A stretch of 64,000 nucleotides of DNA from Meyerozyma guilliermondii (taxonomy: Eukaryota). The translations under genes were made by a program, and so were the position numbers. Location: contig CP128815.1 of assembly GCA_051546255.1 (NCBI GenBank), positions 1,364,001 through 1,428,000 on the forward strand, read 5' to 3'. The notes below the pieces were generated by a model, which worked only from the letters and a program-made list of their open reading frames with translations, made no database searches and had not been told where the DNA came from. Of the stretch, positions 9,171 to 18,228 are shown piece by piece. Every line of letters starts with the position of its first letter. Within the stretch, counting starts at the first letter, position 1.

Positions 9171-10724
9171 CAATTGCTGGTACAGAATGTAGAATGTAGG
9201 TTGAAGTAGGGCAATGATGAAAATATTCTAAAGTGCATTTGATACCTCTTGGAGCTACAGTTTATCATCTCGAGATCGCCATAGTAATCCATTATTTCTC
9301 TAGGCAAAGAACTGATTAGGTTATGCAACGTTTGTGATTTCGTTGATACTTTTTGATAAAATTTGTAGAATGCTGTAATCGTTTAGTTTAGTTCAGATTT
9401 CGCAACATGGAAATCTCGGGCTAGGTACAGATACGAATTCACTTCGCTTTGCGTTTTCAAATCTCGGGTGCAAACTTTTGAAGATTTGACTAAATAATGA
9501 CTTTGATGAACACTTTACCTTCTTTTCCAGTAAAAAAGTAAGTGAGCAGAAACCCGTGATTATCAGTTTATTGCGTGTTTTGTATGCTCCAATAGAGGCA
9601 ATCAACTCACAAATATATATCGGTTTGATTAACCAGGTTTATCCTCCTGAAGTGGCTCAGGCTTATATTGGGGCTCGAGAGAAAGCAGAGCAAATCTTGG
9701 TTGTTTAAGAATCTTGATGAATTGAAGCAGGAAACATAAACCTTATACGGATGTAAATCAAGTCTCCGAAATCAATGTTAATACGAAAATGAGTGAACGC
9801 ACGGCTCTCACACGTTAGCTGCTACATTCCATTAATACATTATCAAATATGGGCCTGGTTTGCGACCCCAACACAACCAGAAGGTGTGATATACCCAGCT
9901 CAGAAATTATACTTAAATGAGCTTGGAAAAGTTACTGCGGAAGAATCTTCCCGTTGTATGAGCTTTAAACTAGTGGTTTTGTGTATCTCGTGGATGCTTC
10001 GAATAGTTTATTTTTGTATCATCCCACTTTCTCAATTTGTTACGTTTCTCAAATTCTCGATATATGTGTTCACCCTAACCTTCTAAAAATAACTAGTAAT
10101 TCGGTGACAGCTACGAATCTCCGTGGTTCGAGAACTAAATCCCCGGCCGCATACAGTTACGAAAGAACCTGCAGCCGTCAACATGTGGGTCGCGCTTTGG
10201 CTTGATAAGCCGTGTTCTATTTTTAGCATTCAGATTTATCAGATTCTGTGAGATGGTTACTTGCAGCCGTCTTGAATCGTTAGTTGCTGATCAGAACTGA
10301 CACTGATAAACTAAGGTGTGCCTGATACATCTAGATAATAACAATTCTGTGATTGACTTGTTTTACTTTTGCCGTAGTTTGAGAAGTGAAATATTTACGA
10401 TGCTTCGGGCTCGCAACCTGCGGCTGTAACTATTTTCAACCTTTCCACACTCAGCGTATAGGGGCAAGATGCAAAGGCAAGGTGGTATTACGAACCAGGG
10501 AAAAAGTCATGGTCGATACCAAGAGTCAGTACAACATTCCATAAGAAACTAGCAAACGATCTAGAATTTATTAAATAAACCCTGCCGACTTCTGTCATTC
10601 CTTCAACATGAGCCGTTCCATTTTTTCAATTATAGATGATTTGTGGCGCGGCATGCATACCTGAGTAATCCATTGGGCCTTCCGGAGCTATATAAAGGTA
10701 GCAGGAACTACCTAAAACCTCAGT

Positions 10725-12032
10725 ATGTCTTCATATTTAGTAACCTCGATTCCTAAATGGACTCCAAGTTCCATCCCAACTCACACGGTGCTTACTTCGG
10801 TAGCTGCCACACACTCTTCGAAATTGGCAAAGTCTTTATCGTCTGCAACTGCTAGATTGGCGACGGAAACACTCACAGAAAATATTCAGAGTCTTACATG
10901 GGTCGTGAGAGGTGCTCAAGCTTCGTTAACCGTGATTAGTGCTGAAAATGTTTTAGCAACGGCCACAGATTCTTCAGTCCAGGCCAGGGCAACCCAGGCT
11001 ATCTTCGACGCTACCTTAAACATGAAAGAGCTCGTGGACGAACAAAATTTATATGGGTACAACCTCAATGTTGGTGCCAATTATTTTTTTCTTGTCGTCT
11101 ATGGAATCATCACTCTTTACTTTTTATTGATGTGTACCATTTCACGATACCATTGGTTCAACATAACGTTTTTGTTAGGTTACGGACTTGAATTTGTGGG
11201 GTTCTTCGGAAGAATCAAAAGTATTCATGATGTAACCAATACAAACTGGTACATCATGCAATTCTTACCCTTGACTATAGCACCGGCTTTCATCATGGCG
11301 GGAATTTACTTCTTCTTAGCCCAACTAACTGTGGTATACGGCCGTCAATTCTCGAAATTAAGGCCCATGTGGTACTCATACCTATTCATTTTATGTGATA
11401 TTGCATCTCTCTTGATTCAAGCAGCGGGTGCTAGTATATCTTCCGACACCTCTAACTCACAGAAAATGGAGCATATAGGGCTTGACGTTGTCATTGGAGG
11501 TGTTTCATTTCAGCTTCTTGCCATGACCATTTTCATACTTCTTTGGCTCGATTTTTTCAGAAAAGTCTACTTTGCAAATAACAGCGATACGGCCACTATG
11601 AACGCAACATTCAAGAACTACCTCAGGATGCATTGGTCCACCGAGAAGGCTTATAACTTTCAAAGAAATGTGAGAGAACCGTACTATAATTCGAAATTTG
11701 CCGATATCAGAAGTAGGAAACTTATGAGATACTTCCCACTATATGTGTCGATTTCGTTGGTTCTTATCTATCTTCGGTGCGTGTATCGGATTGTGGAATT
11801 TGCTGTTGGATTTTCTGGCTTCATCGTAAACCATGAAGCATTTATGATGGTTTTCGATGCAATGATGATATCTCTTGCAGGTTGCATTTACTTGTGTTTC
11901 CATCCAGTGTGGGTTTTCGGAAGGCACAATGTTCTTAAGAGAAAGCACATTAGTAAACGCAAGGATGTGGAAGAGGAATTGAAAAGCAACAGTGAGACCG
12001 AAATGATGAAGGATTTCGCAGACCCTAGTTGA
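10725..12032 (+). CDS. RTA1/RSB1-family lipid-translocating exporter (7TM)
   Basis: GYGLEFVGFFGR, LTIAPAFIMAGIY, FILCDIASLLIQAAG and YLRCVYRIVEF. Ser/Thr/Ala-rich N-terminus. TATATAAA at about 10689-10696. Confidence 0.9.
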   Translation: MSSYLVTSIPKWTPSSIPTHTVLTSVAATHSSKLAKSLSSATARLATETLTENIQSLTWVVRGAQASLTVISAENVLATATDSSVQARATQAIFDATLNMKELVDEQNLYGYNLNVGANYFFLVVYGIITLYFLLMCTISRYHWFNITFLLGYGLEFVGFFGRIKSIHDVTNTNWYIMQFLPLTIAPAFIMAGIYFFLAQLTVVYGRQFSKLRPMWYSYLFILCDIASLLIQAAGASISSDTSNSQKMEHIGLDVVIGGVSFQLLAMTIFILLWLDFFRKVYFANNSDTATMNATFKNYLRMHWSTEKAYNFQRNVREPYYNSKFADIRSRKLMRYFPLYVSISLVLIYLRCVYRIVEFAVGFSGFIVNHEAFMMVFDAMMISLAGCIYLCFHPVWVFGRHNVLKRKHISKRKDVEEELKSNSETEMMKDFADPS

Positions 12033-12248
12033 TATGAATATGCAGAGTAATGAACTTATGGTAGCAAGCTTCAAGGTAGTAAGTAGCATCGACAATGTCT
12101 CACTGAAGATTACCAGTTCCTGCTTTTTTTTTGCACCCATGGATATAATTCATTCTGTTGCAATTTCTGGGGGTCAGCATTGGGACAAAAGTTGAAATAA
12201 TTTGTATTACCTCCTTGTATTCCCTTGTCTATAGCGTTTAATGTCAAC

Positions 12249-13868
12249 TCAGAACCCTCCTGTCATATCTCTAATTTTATCAACTTCCTCTTGTAATGCA
12301 CGAAGATCATGGAGAATATCTGAAGTACTGTTACTCTCTGTTTCATGCTTATAAAACAGCACGGGATCCGGCTGGTCTCCATTGATAGATACTTTGGGCG
12401 GCAAAGCTGGAGGTTGAGGTGAAGAAACTGAAGGAGATGCTCTTCGACGAGATGGAGGAGGAGGCGGTGGTAATTGTCTTCCATTCTGTGACCTGTTTTT
12501 CAATGGTGATATCTGATCTTCACCAGTATTCCAATTTGGAATTGGCGAGGACAATGATCGATTTCGTCTAGCTGGAACAGGAGGCGGTGGGAGTGCACGT
12601 TCTGCTGATGAACCCAATTGAGCATTGCGAAGAGTATTGTCTATAGTATTTCCAGTCATCTGATCAGTAAACGACTGCAATGAAACACGAGGAGTTGGAT
12701 CTACCTTTTCAGTAGGGTCTGGCGAGAATAGCTGTGCCATTTGCTCGGGATTGGTCACCTGGGGATGGGCAGGTTGTTCTTCTTGGTTGCCATTAAGACC
12801 ATAAAGCCTTGCCATTTGAGCTGGTCCTGTCATATTTGGTTGCAAAAGCTGTGGGGTTTGTCTTGATGGTGATGGACTGAGCATATGGGCCATTTGCGCT
12901 GGTCCCGTCATATTGGGTCTAAGTAAGTTCTCGGAATGGCGATGCGGATGGATGGTGGACGGCACCCCATCTATGGATGCTGTGTCCACAGAATTGAGGT
13001 TTTGGAAGTGGTTTATCTGGGGTTCCATATCTCTCAATATCTGAGCCTCTTCATCGTCTGTCTTTTTGGAGCTGAGATTGTTCAACAATTGGTTCATTGG
13101 GAGCGAGTAGTCAAGCGGCTGAGGCAGGGGTGAGTGACCAGGAGTCATCTGGGCAGAGTCATGAACATCGGTAACTATCTGGTCAGAAAACTTGACCGAC
13201 TTTCGTTTCTTCGACGGCGCTTTTCGTGCATCTGGTCGCTCACCAGTAAGAATAAATTGAGTAAAACTGTCCAAGTCAAGCGGTTTGTCTTGATCCTGAG
13301 ATGATGGTGCAGATACTCCAGTGTCTTCCTCTTCGTCATTCTGGCGTTTCTTAGACAAAATGGAAGGCGGAGTAGGGACAGAAGCTGGAAGGGTAATGAG
13401 CTTTCTTGATGGTTCGGCTCCATTCAATGTATGGGCAATGACCCTAAGCAATGCAAAAAACTCCCCGATATTGATGGAGTATAGTATTTTATTGAATATG
13501 CGGTTGATATGGTTCTTTATCTCGGCACTGATCTTGAAGTTGCCAAGAAAATTGTACACGTCGTTCATACTGATTGTTCGAGTATTTGTTCGAGCAAGTA
13601 TATCACTATACCATCTCATGTATGTCTTCGACTCTTGCAAGGTGAGATCCTGGGCTTTGAGTGAAAGTGGAATGCTTTGATCTCCCATGGAATCGTCGTA
13701 TTCATTGCTCTTCCTTGTATACGGAAGATGGTCTTCCAGAGCAGTTGAAAGTGATTGAACTCTTGGCAGAGGTTGCTGGAGCAGAGGATTTGACCCGAAT
13801 GACACCGGTGGAGCCGGAGAAGTCGATCCTGACGGCGGGGGAACGTTTAACCAATTGAAACCTTCCAT
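12249..13868 (-). CDS. SCD5: Scd5-like endocytosis / PP1-targeting protein
   Basis: N-terminal ESKTYMRWY...GEFFALLR domain, RVxF-type KSVKF at 13188-13202, repeated LLxPNMTGPAQMA, and proline-rich PPPPPPSRR. Confidence 0.8.
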   Translation of the reverse strand: MEGFNWLNVPPPSGSTSPAPPVSFGSNPLLQQPLPRVQSLSTALEDHLPYTRKSNEYDDSMGDQSIPLSLKAQDLTLQESKTYMRWYSDILARTNTRTISMNDVYNFLGNFKISAEIKNHINRIFNKILYSINIGEFFALLRVIAHTLNGAEPSRKLITLPASVPTPPSILSKKRQNDEEEDTGVSAPSSQDQDKPLDLDSFTQFILTGERPDARKAPSKKRKSVKFSDQIVTDVHDSAQMTPGHSPLPQPLDYSLPMNQLLNNLSSKKTDDEEAQILRDMEPQINHFQNLNSVDTASIDGVPSTIHPHRHSENLLRPNMTGPAQMAHMLSPSPSRQTPQLLQPNMTGPAQMARLYGLNGNQEEQPAHPQVTNPEQMAQLFSPDPTEKVDPTPRVSLQSFTDQMTGNTIDNTLRNAQLGSSAERALPPPPVPARRNRSLSSPIPNWNTGEDQISPLKNRSQNGRQLPPPPPPSRRRASPSVSSPQPPALPPKVSINGDQPDPVLFYKHETESNSTSDILHDLRALQEEVDKIRDMTGGF

Positions 13869-14101
13869 GGTTACGGTGTGATTTTTGGATGAATTTAAGG
13901 TTGATAGATGTGATTGGAAACGAGATTGGAAAGCTTTCTAGGTTCTCTATTGTGCGTCTGATATGCTGTGGACCACCTAGGACTTGTTTATGTTGGGCGT
14001 TTGTTGCTTGGTGGTAGACGCTTTACCGTGTATGATCTCTCCTTCAACTGTGAATCTCAGCCGGCGCGCGCAGTTTCAAACCGATAGGAACGGCTAGGGC
14101 G

Positions 14102-14734
14102 ATGAAGTTCCAATTGAGGAAGGGCAACGCTAGTAGTGGGAAAAAGGGCGAGGGAGAAGCTCAAGTTGTGGCGAGCAGTGGAGGCTCTGCAAAGCAGGCT
14201 CTTTTTAACGAGAGCGGGTCGGAAAGTGAAGACGAATTTACAGCCAAGATCGAGAGAAAGCGACAAAAAGTAGAAGAAAAGGTGGCACAGGAAAGCCACG
14301 ATTGGGACTTGGTTTCAAAAAGAGAAACTACAAAAGAATCTGGGCTTGAGAAAGCTCAAAAGTCTCAGGGATCGAAGTATATGGAAGGTATTCTCAATGC
14401 GAAGAAACAACGAGAGAAGGACGAAGCTGAAAATCGCCAGAAATTGCTTGAAAAACAAATTAGTCGTAATTCTGACATGGTGGTGTTTGAGAGTATCAAG
14501 TACAGAGAACAGATGCTTGGTGGTACTGCGCAGGTTAAACACAGAGAAAGTACCGATACTTATGGCTCTCAGTCGCACAGCAATGAGAATTTACCAGTTA
14601 CCGAGCCCGATTCACAAGATGTCCTGCTGCTGTTACTTGAGCATATCAAAGAAATGATCAAGTCCAAGGTTTCCCCTGAAGAATTAGTGGCTTACAAAGA
14701 ACGATACTTTCAACGAATTGGGCAAAAAACTTGA
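14102..14734 (+). CDS. NSRP1/CCDC55-like (DUF2040-type) coiled-coil protein
   Basis: Charged helical protein with SKYMEGILNAKKQRE, VFESIKYRE and C-terminal ELVAYKERYFQR. Family assignment is from memory. Confidence 0.55.
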   Translation: MKFQLRKGNASSGKKGEGEAQVVASSGGSAKQALFNESGSESEDEFTAKIERKRQKVEEKVAQESHDWDLVSKRETTKESGLEKAQKSQGSKYMEGILNAKKQREKDEAENRQKLLEKQISRNSDMVVFESIKYREQMLGGTAQVKHRESTDTYGSQSHSNENLPVTEPDSQDVLLLLLEHIKEMIKSKVSPEELVAYKERYFQRIGQKT

Positions 14735-14754
14735 GTTCATAACTTTCACATTAA

Positions 14755-15846
14755 CTAATTAAGATATTCTGGCGTTTGTCCTTCCTCGGGAGCCATTGCT
14801 TCCTGGATGGCCACTGTGTTTGCAATATTACGATTAGTCATACCTGACCCCGTGTGGTGAGGGGTGGCAGGCTTGGCCCAATCTGGGTCTTCTTCTTCGA
14901 TTCGAGATGGAGCGACTCCAGCGCCCTCACTCACATTGGTTCCAGCCATGCGTTCAATTTCCTGGGCAGAAGGCATGAAAATGACCCTTGATCCCGGAGA
15001 CTTGGCCATGTTTTGCATAGCATCCAAATACCTGATTTGCATAGCTGGTTTCGAAGCCAAAATATCAGCGGCCTTTCTCATCAATTTGGCACTTTCAACC
15101 TCAGCCTTGGCATTAATGATCTTACCCTCTCCAATTCTCTTGGCCTCGGCAGCCATGGACAACGAGGATTGCACCTTTGGAGGCAATTGCAAGTCCTTGA
15201 TCAAAATAGACTCAATATTGACACCCCAGTCGAATGCGGTTTTCGCAATAATCAGCTCAATACTATCGGCAATTTCCTCTCGTTTTTCCACCACATCCTG
15301 CAACACACGACAACCAATGACGTCTCTCAACGTAGTCTGGGTTCTTTCCACAATGGCCTCGTTGATGTTAGAGATGGAAAAGATAGCTTTCTGTGGGTCA
15401 ATGATGTTATAGTACACCACTGAAGTGACGATCACACTGACATTATCCCTTGTAAAACAACTCTGGGCGGGAATTTCTCTGATATTAACCTTGACATTGA
15501 CCCTGACCAAAGACTCGGACCACGTGTTGACGTAGGAAAGTCCTGGTTCCACCGTACGAGACAACGCACCAAACGTCTGCACAAGACCAACTTCACCTTG
15601 ATCCACCTTTTTGTAGGGGTTTTCACATAAGAAACAGAAAATACCACAGGTACCAAACATAGAACCAAGGGAGGTAACGAACTTTTGGTAACCGTTTTGT
15701 GGGGGTGTGGGATACTCTTTTGCGAAATTCTTCACCACCATTTCTGGTTTAACTTGGGGCTCATCACGAACAGTAGGCTTGTACAGTTTATCAAATGAAT
15801 CCAACGAATGGTCCAATTGGGCATTACTATTTGATTCTTCCATCAT
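14755..15846 (-). CDS. Stomatin / SPFH (band 7) family protein
   Basis: IPAQSCFTRDNVSV, TQTTLRDVIG, WGVNIESILIKD and PAMQIRYLDAM. First true ATG is at 15846; the ORF-track start is a TTG. Confidence 0.93.
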   Translation of the reverse strand: MMEESNSNAQLDHSLDSFDKLYKPTVRDEPQVKPEMVVKNFAKEYPTPPQNGYQKFVTSLGSMFGTCGIFCFLCENPYKKVDQGEVGLVQTFGALSRTVEPGLSYVNTWSESLVRVNVKVNIREIPAQSCFTRDNVSVIVTSVVYYNIIDPQKAIFSISNINEAIVERTQTTLRDVIGCRVLQDVVEKREEIADSIELIIAKTAFDWGVNIESILIKDLQLPPKVQSSLSMAAEAKRIGEGKIINAKAEVESAKLMRKAADILASKPAMQIRYLDAMQNMAKSPGSRVIFMPSAQEIERMAGTNVSEGAGVAPSRIEEEDPDWAKPATPHHTGSGMTNRNIANTVAIQEAMAPEEGQTPEYLN

Positions 15847-16123
15847 TCTGTAGTTTACAAAATATTTACGGGCCAAGAGGGGATGGCTGGTTTTATATAG
15901 CGCGACCTATTCTTGCCAAGCCTACAATGGCCCGCATGACGGTATACGAACGCCGGCCGCACGGCTGCATCGCAGTCATTAATAATCGCGATAACGATCG
16001 GTACGAGGCTGCCGCATAAGGTTTACTGCGGTCATGTTTCTGCACCTCACCAACGTTAAAACCTTAGCCGCATCGGACTGTGGGGCTCAGGCCGCCGATC
16101 GTGCATTCGAGACACCTGAGAAT

Positions 16124-16336
16124 GACGTCACATGACGAGATCTTCAGGAACACGAGCCCACCAACATCGGTTCACCACATCGGCTCACCACGCCGGCCCG
16201 GTGCCGTCCCCGCATAATCATTTGGCTGCAATGATCATAGTTCGTAAATTTTAAGTCTTAGCTCGTCTTGGCTGCATTAATTGGTAAACCACCGTGCTTC
16301 GCATTGGTGTTGTGGGGTTCCTTGCTTCCGCACGTG
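16124..16336. promoter_or_regulatory. CRE-like TGACGTCA and E-box CACGTG in the divergent stomatin/EPT1 promoter
   Basis: TGACGTCA followed directly by CATG at about 16123-16134; GCACGTGC at about 16330-16337. Confidence 0.3.
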
Positions 16337-16396
16337 CAAATTTCAAATGGTTGAACTGTTTTCATCCAACCGTTTGCAACTGGCAACCAAAATACC

Positions 16397-17590
16397 ATGG
16401 GTTACTTCATTCCGTCCAACAAGCTTGGTAACTTGAAGTTATACAAATACTCATCGGAAGATCATTCGATTATTTCAAAGTATATCCTAAAAAAATGGTG
16501 GAATCATTTTGTCAAGATTTTCCCCATGTCGATGGCTCCCAATGTGATCACGTTGCTCGGGCTTATGTTTGTGATTGTTAATCTTTTTGCCGTGTTCTAC
16601 TACTCGCCTTACTTGGACCAATCACAACCCAGATGGTGCTACTTTTTCTATGCTTTTGGCTTGTTCATGTACCAAACGTTCGATGGTTGCGATGGTTGCC
16701 ATGCCCGTAATACCGGCCAAAGTGGTCCATTGGGTGAATTGTTCGACCATTCCATAGACGCCATCAACACAACTTTGGGATCCATTGTGTTTGCTTCCGT
16801 GTTCAAAATGGGCTACGGAAAATTGACATTGTTGACTCAATTTGCATCGGTCTGCAACTTTTATGCTTCCACTTGGGAAGAGTACCACACTCACACCTTG
16901 TTTCTCTCGTCCTTCAGCGGCCCTGTCGAGGGTATTTTGATGATCTGTGTTGTATACTGCATCACTGGAGTTTTGGGACCCGATATCTGGGACGTTCAAC
17001 TCTTGAGTCTTGATTTGTCGTCATTGAACATTGGCGTAGAGCAAGTCACTATAGACGGCAAAACTGCCTGTGCTGTGCTTGGATTGGCTTCTCTCTACTT
17101 CAACATCGCTTCTGCAATGCACAACGTCAATAAAAAGTTCCTGGAAAAGAACAAGGATAACGAGGAAAAGGTGCAAACTAAAACCATGGAAGCTTTTCAT
17201 GGACTATACCCTTTCTTTGGCTACTATTTGAGTATCATATTGTTGACTTGGGTATACCCAGACTACTTGTATACCCACGCCATGCCATTGTTGTTGTCCA
17301 TTGGCCTTACCATTGCGTTCTCTGTTGGCCGTATCATTTTGGCTCATTTAACCTTACAAAAGTTCCCCATGATCCAGCTCCCCATGTTCTTGCCTTTAGC
17401 CCAATTGATATTGACGCACTTTCTCGTCAACATTTACAACTATGACCAGGATGATGTCTTACTTTGCGTTAGTTGGCTCGGATTCGGCGTCACCTTGGGA
17501 GTGCATGGCATGTTCATCAACGAAATTATCTACGAGATCACCACCTACTTGGATATCTACGCCTTGTCCATCAAGCACAAGCGTGCCTGA
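16397..17590 (+). CDS. EPT1: Choline/ethanolamine phosphotransferase (CDP-alcohol phosphotransferase)
   Basis: MAPNVITLLG and the CDP-alcohol phosphotransferase motif YQTFDGCDGCHARNTGQSGPLGELFDHSID; TWEEYHTHTL. EPT1 and CPT1 cannot be told apart. Confidence 0.9.
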   Translation: MGYFIPSNKLGNLKLYKYSSEDHSIISKYILKKWWNHFVKIFPMSMAPNVITLLGLMFVIVNLFAVFYYSPYLDQSQPRWCYFFYAFGLFMYQTFDGCDGCHARNTGQSGPLGELFDHSIDAINTTLGSIVFASVFKMGYGKLTLLTQFASVCNFYASTWEEYHTHTLFLSSFSGPVEGILMICVVYCITGVLGPDIWDVQLLSLDLSSLNIGVEQVTIDGKTACAVLGLASLYFNIASAMHNVNKKFLEKNKDNEEKVQTKTMEAFHGLYPFFGYYLSIILLTWVYPDYLYTHAMPLLLSIGLTIAFSVGRIILAHLTLQKFPMIQLPMFLPLAQLILTHFLVNIYNYDQDDVLLCVSWLGFGVTLGVHGMFINEIIYEITTYLDIYALSIKHKRA

Positions 17591-17656
17591 AACACTAGAA
17601 TTCTTAGATCTGTTTTTTTCTTAGCTAGAACTTATGTACAAGCGTCATCATCAATC

Positions 17657-18109
17657 TTAAGCAGTCGCAACCTTCTTCTCATCGCCAAACGCAGACTCAG
17701 AACCAGGAGCCAACACATCCTGTGCAGACTGCTGTAATGACATTTCCTTCTCCATCTCTTGCAACTGGGTTTCAGCCAAAATGGCCAACGATAATGGAAC
17801 TCCCAATAATAATGCCGATGAGGTCAAACCCCACAACAAGTTTCCTGATCTATGAAGTGCGGAAATAAGGTAGCTCTTGGCAACCTCACTGGCATTCAAG
17901 ATTTGTGTTCTGTTTTGAGGAGGAATAATGTCTTTCAAAGCCACCAATCTATCGACCAATGTCTCGTTTTCAAGGTCGAAATCGTCCTCGATGTCGGAGT
18001 CAGAATCACTGATTTCAGAGTCACTGCCAGCCGAGTGAGCAAACGTCTGCTTCTCAGAGGCGGTGAAATCGTTTGCGGTAGCGTCGTCAACTTGAGTTAA
18101 TTTAACCAT
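17657..18109 (-). CDS. TOM22: Mitochondrial outer-membrane import receptor Tom22
   Basis: MVKLTQV start, acidic region, ENETLVDRLVALKDIIPP and TM segment SALLLGVPLSLAILAE. Confidence 0.95.
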   Translation of the reverse strand: MVKLTQVDDATANDFTASEKQTFAHSAGSDSEISDSDSDIEDDFDLENETLVDRLVALKDIIPPQNRTQILNASEVAKSYLISALHRSGNLLWGLTSSALLLGVPLSLAILAETQLQEMEKEMSLQQSAQDVLAPGSESAFGDEKKVATA

Positions 18110-18228
18110 TTGGGTGGGTGTTAACGGGCAACTCTTGCTGTTCGGTGAGGTTACTAAAAATTTGACGAAACGCGCACGACTTCTACTGCAGGTTGGAGAT
18201 ATTGGTTGCATAATGGCTGCAATGGTTA

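Noticed and set aside
9393..10205. Short ORFs in the gap upstream of the RTA-family gene; possible LTR next to the tRNA
   Set aside because: The ORFs have non-ATG starts and no protein motifs. I found no TG...CA-bounded repeat, target-site duplication or transposon coding sequence.
18110..18211. In-frame upstream ATG extension of TOM22
   Set aside because: The ATG is only 18 bp from the FAR11 stop, and Tom22 orthologs start at MVKLT-like sequence without a presequence.
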